A DNA stretch of 64,000 nucleotides from an uncultured virus (IMG/VR IMGVR_UViG_3300009161_000002) (taxonomy: Duplodnaviria; Heunggongvirae; Uroviricota; Caudoviricetes): the IMG/VR virus record IMGVR_UViG_3300009161_000002; one strand, written 5' to 3'. This document shows, in pieces, positions 9,213 to 16,126 of the stretch (position 1 is the first letter of the stretch; every line of letters begins with the position of its first letter). Both the position numbers and the translations under genes were made by a program. The notes below the pieces were generated by a model. It did no database searches. It was not told the DNA's origin and was given only the letters and a program-made list of their open reading frames with translations.

Positions 9213-9825
9213 ACACAGGATATTTTGATAGATCAGGATAACACAACTCTATATCTACATTATCTTTCTTACTACCATCTTGATTATAAAATTGAGCCAT
9301 TTGTTGAATACCTCTAGCAGCTAGTTCTGGTATCATGTAAAAGTTCCAGCCTAACATTGTAAATTCATCATCATGATAAGAGCATTCATTTCTTCCACTA
9401 AATCTAGCTCTTTTAAACCACGCATATGCTACAGGATCATCAGTAAGTATTGCTCCTCCTTTAGATAACTTAAGATGTTTATGAGCTCCGGTAAAAGATA
9501 AACACATATATGTTCCCGGCATATACATATCTGCAGTAAATCTTAAAGCTGAATCCCAAACTTTTGTTGGCTTCAATTGATATGCTCCTTTGAATCCACC
9601 TTCTATAAATTTTACTTTTCCACCGGCATGAATAATCTCACAGGGAACAGAAGGATATGTTTTTGATGGTATAGAAACTTCTATGTCTTTAATACCCTCA
9701 TACATTAATCCTAAAAATAAAGCATTGCTCAAGCTATCTACACAAATCACATATGGAGCTCCAGTATATTCTGAAAGTATTTTTTCAAAGTCCTTGGTTA
9801 TTGAATGAGGATTTACTAAACTCAT
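9202..9825 (-). CDS. DegT/DnrJ/EryC1/StrS-family PLP sugar aminotransferase (short form, 207 aa)
   Basis: FEKILSEYTGAPY, DSA, LSFTGAHKHL...GGAILTDD (catalytic Lys region), GWNFYMIPELAARG. Confidence 0.85.
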   Translation of the reverse strand: MSLVNPHSITKDFEKILSEYTGAPYVICVDSLSNALFLGLMYEGIKDIEVSIPSKTYPSVPCEIIHAGGKVKFIEGGFKGAYQLKPTKVWDSALRFTADMYMPGTYMCLSFTGAHKHLKLSKGGAILTDDPVAYAWFKRARFSGRNECSYHDDEFTMLGWNFYMIPELAARGIQQMAQFYNQDGSKKDNVDIELCYPDLSKYPVYVL

Positions 9826-10469
9826 AGTAGCTTAACTAATCTGAAGGTACTTTCTTCATAATACAATTTTGTTAACTTTTCAGTTTCAAATTCTGGAAAT
9901 GAATAATGTTCTAAGAAGTCCTTTAAACTATAATATCTTTTAAGATAATGATACATAGTAAAATGATATCTATTAAATCTTGTTCCTTCTGGTGGAAATG
10001 CAACGTGTGCTCCTCCAATATAATTCATTTCTCCTACAGATTTTCTAAACATTAAAGGCTTACAATACCATGGATGAAATGAACCATGGGTAAAATCTCT
10101 AGGATCAGGGCTATCTGTAGCCACCATGTTATAACCTTTAACTTTAACAACATCATAATCTTCTAATGAAGGCAAGTCAGCTAAACTAATATTTATCAGT
10201 TCATCCTGGTCAACCATAATAATCCATTCAGCTTCTGAATCTTTCCAACAATTATTTCTAATATAAGTTACCGAATCACCTTTAGGTTCTTCACCAATAT
10301 AATCAATAACATTACAGCCTCTACTCCTACAGTAGTCTCCAGTCTCATCAGTAGAATTATCATTATAAATATTGATAGTACATCCTGGAAACCTTTCCTG
10401 ATAATGATCTAGGAAAAGTGGGAGTATATGCATTCCATTATATGCCGGTACAAATATTTCTACTTTCAT
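9822..10469 (-). CDS. Family-2-like (GT-A) glycosyltransferase
   Basis: IFVPAYNG...FLDHY...YNDNSTDET...WIIMVDQDE (DxD); ATG 10469 lies downstream of a TATATTTG box. Confidence 0.85.
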   Translation of the reverse strand: MKVEIFVPAYNGMHILPLFLDHYQERFPGCTINIYNDNSTDETGDYCRSRGCNVIDYIGEEPKGDSVTYIRNNCWKDSEAEWIIMVDQDELINISLADLPSLEDYDVVKVKGYNMVATDSPDPRDFTHGSFHPWYCKPLMFRKSVGEMNYIGGAHVAFPPEGTRFNRYHFTMYHYLKRYYSLKDFLEHYSFPEFETEKLTKLYYEESTFRLVKLL

Positions 10470-10483
10470 AGTTATTATTCTGA

Positions 10484-10491
10484 CAAATATA
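10484..10491 (-). promoter_or_regulatory. Bacteroidota-type -7 promoter box TATATTTG for the glycosylation operon
   Basis: TAnnTTTG 14 nt upstream of ATG 10469. Confidence 0.6.
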
Positions 10492-10575
10492 AACAATAAA
10501 CCCCAGTACTCTCATACCAGGGCTCATTGATAATCATTTAGAAAAACATCATCTTCACATAAAGCAAATATGAAC
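10491..10575 (-). ncRNA. Candidate ~85-nt small RNA
   Basis: TATATTTG box at 10580-10587, 5' hairpin TTCATAT/ATGTGAA, terminator-like CCCTGGTA/TACTGGGG plus TTTATTGTTT; no plausible ORF. Confidence 0.4.
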
Positions 10576-10770
10576 AGTACAAATATAAAAAATTTTTTTA
10601 TATAAAAATAATCCATGTAACAGTTTGTGGTGACTCCTTACTGAAAGGACCCCCCGTCCATCCAGCTGCGGTGGTACCCCCCTTGCTTTCTGACAGGAAT
10701 CTTTCAGGTCTGCTAGGAAAAAAACTATTTCCTCCTACGTCAGAAACTGTTTTTGTCTATGCAGACAGGG

Positions 10771-10779
10771 GCTAACCCT
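10771..10779 (+). promoter_or_regulatory. Early repeated motif copy 1 (GCTAACCCT core only)
   Basis: ~30 nt upstream of ATG 10809. Confidence 0.55.
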
Positions 10780-10808
10780 CAACTGCATACTAAATAAAAC
10801 TATTTACT

Positions 10809-11048
10809 ATGAAAGATCTTGTAACCAAATCTGCTCTCGTGAGCATCTTTAATTCCAAACAGCATGACTTCCTTTACATTATAAAGCAAGTCAATACAGA
10901 ACTCTTCTTACCAAGAGTTCCGAAGGCTGTTGTAAAAGATATGATAAAGTCCGATGGACTATATAATATCTCTTACAGAATCTATACTAATGAAAAAGGA
11001 TATGAATCCATTTACATTAGTAAAGCTTCAAAGATTGTGACCAAATAG
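10809..11048 (+). CDS. Hypothetical early protein
   Basis: 79-aa ORF preceded by the repeated motif. Confidence 0.7.
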   Translation: MKDLVTKSALVSIFNSKQHDFLYIIKQVNTELFLPRVPKAVVKDMIKSDGLYNISYRIYTNEKGYESIYISKASKIVTK

Positions 11049-11066
11049 GTCATAATCTTTTTTCTT

Positions 11067-11085
11067 CCCTCTTCTTGCTAACCCT
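11067..11085 (+). promoter_or_regulatory. Early repeated motif copy 2 CCCTCTTCTTGCTAACCCT
   Basis: Intergenic, ~29 nt upstream of ATG 11114. Confidence 0.65.
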
Positions 11086-11113
11086 AAATTTAACTTAAAT
11101 TAAAATTTAAGTT

Positions 11114-11440
11114 ATGGCAAAATACATCAACATTGAAGGCAATCAGGTTATAGATCTTACACCTGATTATAACCGTCCACTTGCATTAGTGGACATTACA
11201 GTTCTTAACAAGTTAACAGAGTTACTGCCGAAGGGAGACTTCAACAGTATCAGACACAACTTCAGAGAACAAATTATGAAGACCATTAACTTGGAAGAAC
11301 TTGTTCAAACTTCAGAAGACTTCATCACTTTCCACCGATCAGTAAATCTCATTAGAGAAATATGTCAAGGTGAAATACATGAGGTAGATGTAGACAAGTT
11401 ACGAAGAGGTATTGGTAAATTTGAGATGGAAGATTTATAA
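11114..11440 (+). CDS. Hypothetical early protein
   Basis: 108-aa ORF between the motif and a terminator. Confidence 0.75.
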   Translation: MAKYINIEGNQVIDLTPDYNRPLALVDITVLNKLTELLPKGDFNSIRHNFREQIMKTINLEELVQTSEDFITFHRSVNLIREICQGEIHEVDVDKLRRGIGKFEMEDL

Positions 11441-11466
11441 CATCTCATTATAACTATTTTAAACAA

Positions 11467-11500
11467 GAAAGAGTATCAGGCATTAGTCTGATACTTTTTC
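11467..11500 (+). terminator. Intrinsic terminator
   Basis: GAAAGAGTATCAGG/TCTGATACTTTTTC hairpin. Confidence 0.65.
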
Positions 11501-11506
11501 ATATTT

Positions 11507-11526
11507 CCCTCTTTTTTGCTAACCCT
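11507..11526 (+). promoter_or_regulatory. Early repeated motif copy 3 CCCTCTTTTTTGCTAACCCT
   Basis: Directly after the terminator, upstream of ATG 11574. Confidence 0.65.
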
Positions 11527-11573
11527 TAACTTATTTTGATAAATTTTTATTCATTAATTAATAATTAAACATT

Positions 11574-12005
11574 ATGAAAGCTATCTATAGCAGCAATTAC
11601 CTTCGTAAAGAAGGTGATCAAAAAGGAAAAACTTTTCACATTTACACCATTAAGGGTACAGTAGAAGAGTTGAAAGCATACATGAGTACTCCTCAATTTA
11701 AGAAGTATCCACGTAAATCTCCTACAGGAGAACCACAAATGCATACAATGTATATGGATGCATTACGTGATGAACTTCCATTGTATCTTAAACAAGACGG
11801 GAATTATACATTGGATCAGTCTGAAACACGTAAAGATACTGCAAGATTGGAAATGCTTGAACAAAGTTCAAGTGCACTTGCAACTGCATTTGCAAACAGA
11901 CTTGCAGATAAAGTATTTGGTGCAGGTAAAGTATCTAATGCAAATGCATTCATACAGGAACCTGTTGCAACGGGTGCTGATGCTGCATTGAATGATGATA
12001 TGTAA
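11574..12005 (+). CDS. Hypothetical early protein
   Basis: 143-aa ORF with an acidic tail. Confidence 0.8.
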   Translation: MKAIYSSNYLRKEGDQKGKTFHIYTIKGTVEELKAYMSTPQFKKYPRKSPTGEPQMHTMYMDALRDELPLYLKQDGNYTLDQSETRKDTARLEMLEQSSSALATAFANRLADKVFGAGKVSNANAFIQEPVATGADAALNDDM

Positions 12006-12021
12006 ACATCATTAGATGATT

Positions 12022-12053
12022 GAGTAGGACTTATGTCCTACTCTTCATTTTTT
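12022..12053 (+). terminator. Intrinsic terminator
   Basis: GAGTAGGAC-TTAT-GTCCTACTC plus a T-rich tail. Confidence 0.7.
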
Positions 12054-12066
12054 AGTAATTAATAAA

Positions 12067-12086
12067 CCCTCTTCTTTGCTAACCCT
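12067..12086 (+). promoter_or_regulatory. Early repeated motif copy 4 CCCTCTTCTTTGCTAACCCT
   Basis: Directly after the terminator. Confidence 0.65.
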
Positions 12087-12455
12087 TCACTTGCATTGAG
12101 AAATAATGCTACCGCATTATTTTGTTTTTTTTAGTAATCAGTAATTACAGTATGTAGTATGTGTGCATTTACATATATACTCAATACTCAATACTTATTA
12201 CTAGAATTATATTACTATTTGGTAGTATGTTGTGATACTTCTGTAGGAAGAATAGTTTGTCTCCACCGTGTGGAACAAGTAGACTCACTCATTGATAATC
12301 AGGTAGTTATAAAAACAGATAAATGCAGATGTGTGAGTTAAAATGTTGTTGAGTATTAAACTCTACCACATAAACTACACATAAGTACATACTCAAAACC
12401 CTTGTAATCACTTAATAACAATATATTTTATATAGCTAAACTAAAAACTAAACTT

Positions 12456-12569
12456 ATGAATGAGAAAGAAAAAAGAAATGACAACATTGTAATTGGTATT
12501 ATAATAGGAGCAGTACTATGCTCTATAATACAATACATATTAATTCATGTATTACATGTACCTGTATGA
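12456..12569 (+). CDS. Small single-TM peptide (37 aa)
   Basis: Manual translation MNEKEKRNDNIVIGIIIGAVLCSIIQYILIHVLHVPV after an A-rich leader. Confidence 0.5.
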   Translation: MNEKEKRNDNIVIGIIIGAVLCSIIQYILIHVLHVPV

Positions 12570-12619
12570 TAGAGATATCTTCCGGGATTTATGATTTTAA
12601 ACTTATAAAACAATCTAAT

Positions 12620-12823
12620 ATGAATTCAACTATGATTAAGACTGCAGAAGCAGTAAAGAATGAGCTTGTTAAATTTGCTCAACAGTTCTATGGTACAGAG
12701 TTAAAACAAAGTACAATTAATGAACTACTATTATTACCTATTGATGACCAAGTATGGTTACTCAATCAATACAAAGAAGAAATTAGTACAACAGTACAAC
12801 CTGATTTAGCTGATATATACTAA
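12620..12823 (+). CDS. Hypothetical protein
   Basis: Probable start MNSTMIK within the called ORF 12518-12823. Confidence 0.6.
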   Translation: MNSTMIKTAEAVKNELVKFAQQFYGTELKQSTINELLLLPIDDQVWLLNQYKEEISTTVQPDLADIY

Positions 12824-13035
12824 TGTATAGTATAATCTTCCGGTTGTATATATTACTAGGGATAGTAAGACCACAAGACGATGTGGATGGTAGAACTATA
12901 TATACCATCCACACTAAGTCTACTCATATTGAGTATGCTTATAAAGCAGAAGTACTCCAGTATTTAAAAACTGGAGTCTTTGTTTATGATGAAACTATAG
13001 ATGATCCTGTGGATACATCTATATTTATAAAATAA
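12823..13035 (+). CDS. Hypothetical protein
   Basis: 70 aa; TAATG-coupled to the upstream gene. Confidence 0.65.
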   Translation: MYSIIFRLYILLGIVRPQDDVDGRTIYTIHTKSTHIEYAYKAEVLQYLKTGVFVYDETIDDPVDTSIFIK

Positions 13036-13036
13036 T

Positions 13037-13130
13037 ACATCAACTGTAAATAACCGAGGGGGAGTTTTTCAAACTTTGCACTCTATGCGGTTTACATACA
13101 AGTAGAAATACTTGAGGGGGTTGTTGATGT
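13037..13130 (+). ncRNA. Unidentified multi-stem structured RNA
   Basis: ACATCAAC/GTTGATGT closing stem, TGTAAA/TTTACA, CCG/CGG, and a CAAGTA-GAAA-TACTTG GNRA hairpin. Confidence 0.5.
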
Positions 13131-13140
13131 CTGAGCAAAG

Positions 13141-13283
13141 TAGTAATGTACCATTCCTGATTCCCAAGGTCAGGCAGTTGTAGTAATAGTTTCTTTATGG
13201 CAAATAAAAACTTAGTGTCATCTTAGAATGCGTAAAAGGCCTGAAATACTAGTTCTACTATTACAACTGAGTACAGAGGGCTA
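13141..13283 (+). ncRNA. Twister self-cleaving ribozyme (type P1) with enlarged P5
   Basis: P1 TAG/CTA; L1 UAA; P2 UGUA/UACA; P4 CCUGA/UCAGG; L4 UUCCCAAGG; 3' GAGGG; pseudoknot pairings CCC/GGG and CC/GG are available. Confidence 0.8.
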
Positions 13284-13386
13284 AGTAGTGTAGTACTTGA
13301 ACTACACATAGGTGAAAACCCTTGAAGATGTAACCAGACATTGGCACTATGGATACTAATGTGCGAAACCCCAAAGTATTAAAACT

Positions 13387-13476
13387 AATAGTAATGACTC
13401 TTGCGTGATGGAAAAGAGTCCGAAGGATTTAACACCCCGAAAATGTAGAATAATAAAGGGTTCTACCATTACTATT
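13387..13476 (+). ncRNA. Unidentified multi-stem structured RNA
   Basis: Perfect 10-bp AATAGTAATG/CATTACTATT enclosing ACTCTT/AAGAGT and GTAGAA/TTCTAC stems. Confidence 0.5.
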
Positions 13477-13508
13477 TTTATAATGTATAAACTTAAAACC
13501 TAGAAATT

Positions 13509-13976
13509 ATGGGAAGTGTATTAGATTATATAGAATGTCCAAATTGTAAAAGTGAAGCAAACAGTGATTACTATTACAAAACAGGTGAAGAATATATTAA
13601 TTGTGGTAACTGTGGTTATCATCGTTCAGTAACTATTGTTAATAGAGATAAGAAATTATCTGAATTAACAGATGATGATTGGAAAGTTGAAGAGCTTAAA
13701 AACCCTTATGGTGCTTATAGATTAAAAGTATACCATAGTCCTATTAGACAATGTGGTTCATTAGAAAATGAAGAACAGTATAATAACTTTAAAACAGCTA
13801 ATGAAGTTGATGTGGAGATAGAATATTGTTCTGTATCAAGACTAATTGATGGTGAAATTGTTACTGAAGTTATTATTGATAATGGACCTGAAGTAGATTC
13901 AGCTGGATATACAGCAGAAGATAGAAAAAATGAGAATGACCTGAATGCATTAGAAAATTCAGGTACAGAGTATTAA
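13509..13976 (+). CDS. Zn-ribbon protein
   Basis: CPNC...CGNC at the N-terminus. Confidence 0.8.
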   Translation: MGSVLDYIECPNCKSEANSDYYYKTGEEYINCGNCGYHRSVTIVNRDKKLSELTDDDWKVEELKNPYGAYRLKVYHSPIRQCGSLENEEQYNNFKTANEVDVEIEYCSVSRLIDGEIVTEVIIDNGPEVDSAGYTAEDRKNENDLNALENSGTEY

Positions 13977-14039
13977 AAAACATAGCAGGTGAAAGTCCTG
14001 CATTTAAATCAATTTAAAAATAAACTTAAAACAGAACTT

Positions 14040-14948
14040 ATGAGAAATTTAGCAGCAAAAGGTTTGAGTATGTCTCAAGCACAAAGTATTTCTAATCTGT
14101 GCAATCAAAATGCACAGGAGATACAAAGAGAAATTGAATCTTACAACAACTGTAGTAAGATGATTAGCATTAGTGGTCAATCTTACTTAATGCAAGAAGG
14201 ATTAGTTATACCAGGAGATATCTTAGATAAACTTAAGACTAAAGGTGATTTACATGCTACTCAGGCATTCCTTATGGAAGCTATTAAGAGTAAGGAGTCT
14301 GAATTAGGAAGAATCCGGAATATGGTTCCTGATTTATCTCATTTAATAGAACCTGAAAGAATATATGCTCCTGATTATGAAATACAATATAATGTAGAAG
14401 AATCATGGGGTTGGTCACAGCTTACAGATTCTGAATACTCACAGTATTTACAAGAAGAAGCATTAGCATCTCATCTTGGTCAGTTTATCCATAAACATGG
14501 TAAGTTAACTGAATTAAGAAAAGAACTTCCAAATATAGCTACTATTGAATGGTTTGAAGTTGAAGATGGTAAAAAGACTCCGGTTAAAGTTACCAAGCAT
14601 CATCACCCTAGTTCATTAATGGAACTACATGAGGAAGTTGCAGAACTTCATAGAAAACATGAGCAAAAAGTAAACTACTTCAAAGCTAAGGTTAAGAACT
14701 TAGTAAGTGATGAGAATGCACGTATTCAGAAAGAGAATGCAAACAAAGCAGCTGAATTCTTGAAGCTTGAGAAAGAACTCAACCAGAATTATCAGTTAGC
14801 AATGGATGCATACAATGGTGAAGTTCTTAAACAAACCATGGACTTTAATAGTGGACGTGAGTTACTTATTAAAGCAACAGCAGCATTAAGAATTAATGTT
14901 GATCCTCGTTTTCAGCATGTAATAGATTTATTTATTACTGCTGAGTAG
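14040..14948 (+). CDS. Long coiled-coil protein (302 aa from MRNLAAKGLSMSQAQ)
   Basis: Helical E/K/L/Q-rich sequence; ATG 14040 follows a TAAACTTAAAA leader. Confidence 0.85.
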   Translation: MRNLAAKGLSMSQAQSISNLCNQNAQEIQREIESYNNCSKMISISGQSYLMQEGLVIPGDILDKLKTKGDLHATQAFLMEAIKSKESELGRIRNMVPDLSHLIEPERIYAPDYEIQYNVEESWGWSQLTDSEYSQYLQEEALASHLGQFIHKHGKLTELRKELPNIATIEWFEVEDGKKTPVKVTKHHHPSSLMELHEEVAELHRKHEQKVNYFKAKVKNLVSDENARIQKENANKAAEFLKLEKELNQNYQLAMDAYNGEVLKQTMDFNSGRELLIKATAALRINVDPRFQHVIDLFITAE

Positions 14949-14954
14949 TATTAA

Positions 14955-15260
14955 TATTAGGTGAGTAAGAGATAGGCACAAGCTGATTCTCTTACTCTTC
15001 ATACCTAGTGACAGGAATTCATATATACTTCGTGGCATTGACCACATCTAAAAAATGTAATGTTATACATAAACTTAAAAAACCGCTTCTCTTCAACTTT
15101 ACTGAGATAGAACTCATCATCAGACAGGTTACTCCATCTAGCGGAGATAACTGGCTGATACAATTGAGACTATATTTTTGTATTTGCCTTTGTGGAAGAG
15201 AAGGTCTTTGAATTTGTATTTGCATTTGATTTTAGCTATATATTCCTGTCACTTGGTGAC
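14955..15260 (+). ncRNA. ~300-nt structured RNA with phased TTTGNN hexamers
   Basis: Stems 14963-72/14988-97, 15007-18/15242-53 and 15086-94/15195-203; seven TTTGNN units in 6-nt phase at 15177-15230. Confidence 0.65.
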
Positions 15261-15276
15261 TATAAAAACTTGTATT

Positions 15277-15600
15277 ATGAAAAAAATGACATTTAATAAA
15301 GAAGATAAAAAATGGTATATCTTCCTACCTCAGTGGGAAGGTGATAAATCTGATTTAGAGATGGTTTCCGGTGCTGATAGAATGCTTGATTATTTATCAA
15401 ATAACACAGACACTGTTACTGTTGATGTTTCAGAAGAACCAATAGAAAATGCAGTCAAACTTAAAAAGCTACATCATTTATATGGTGGTGCTGATTATAA
15501 GGTTGAGAATTGTCCAGATGTAGACAGAGCATGGTTATGTAAAGTAACCAAGTTTGTTTATGGAGGATACATGCCTAATCTTTTATACATCAAAGCATGA
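15277..15600 (+). CDS. DUF6717-like phage protein
   Basis: WYIFLPQWEGDKSDLEMVSGADRMLD...WLCKVTKFVYGGYMP. Confidence 0.65.
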   Translation: MKKMTFNKEDKKWYIFLPQWEGDKSDLEMVSGADRMLDYLSNNTDTVTVDVSEEPIENAVKLKKLHHLYGGADYKVENCPDVDRAWLCKVTKFVYGGYMPNLLYIKA

Positions 15601-15673
15601 AAGAATTAATCATTACGGCTTTACTAATGGTGTTAGTATGGTCACAGAATTACTTAAATCAAAAAAAATAATT

Positions 15674-15838
15674 ATGAAATATATGAATTTTTTATTTACA
15701 GGAATTGCAATAATCACTATGACTTGTTGTTTAGTCTTAATGTGGACTGAACCACAGCATGTTATGTTTGCAACATACGTGTTTTTATTAGCAGGTGTAT
15801 TGGGTACAGTATCAATACTTAATATTCGTACAAAATAG
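15674..15838 (+). CDS. Small 2-TM membrane protein
   Basis: MKYMNFLFTGIAII...; hydrophobic. Confidence 0.6.
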   Translation: MKYMNFLFTGIAIITMTCCLVLMWTEPQHVMFATYVFLLAGVLGTVSILNIRTK

Positions 15839-15857
15839 TTTACTTATATAATATAAA

Positions 15858-16118
15858 ATGGAAAAGATTATTACAGAATTAAAAGAAAAAAGAGACTATC
15901 ATATTGAAGAACTAGAAGATCTTCATAGATATGAACCAGCTGAAGAGTATTACAAACTCAGAAGAAATGAACTTGAATATCAAATAGCATGTTTAGAAAT
16001 GGCTATTGATGAGTTAATGACTCAAAGTTCTTTGAAGAAAAATCAAACTAAAAGATTAATGGCTACTGTATTACTAGTAGCCATTGTATCATCAATTATT
16101 TATTTACTTTTATTTTAA
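15858..16118 (+). CDS. Hypothetical protein with a C-terminal TM anchor
   Basis: Helical N-terminus plus hydrophobic tail. Confidence 0.7.
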   Translation: MEKIITELKEKRDYHIEELEDLHRYEPAEEYYKLRRNELEYQIACLEMAIDELMTQSSLKKNQTKRLMATVLLVAIVSSIIYLLLF

Positions 16119-16126
16119 AGTATTTA

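Noticed and set aside
12159..12341. 60-aa ORF
   Set aside because: Atypical composition and no A-rich leader; probably spurious.
13311..13370. Hammerhead-like core (CTTGAAGATG...GCGAAAC after GGT-GAAA-ACC)
   Set aside because: The core reads CUUGAAGA rather than CUGANGA and I could not form stem III. It is kept only as part of the structured array.
15008..15225. ORFs 15008-15211 (+), 15019-15225 (-) and the N-terminal extension from 15178
   Set aside because: Odd composition (QIQIQ, CICLC) arises from the hexamer repeats; base-paired structure explains the region better.
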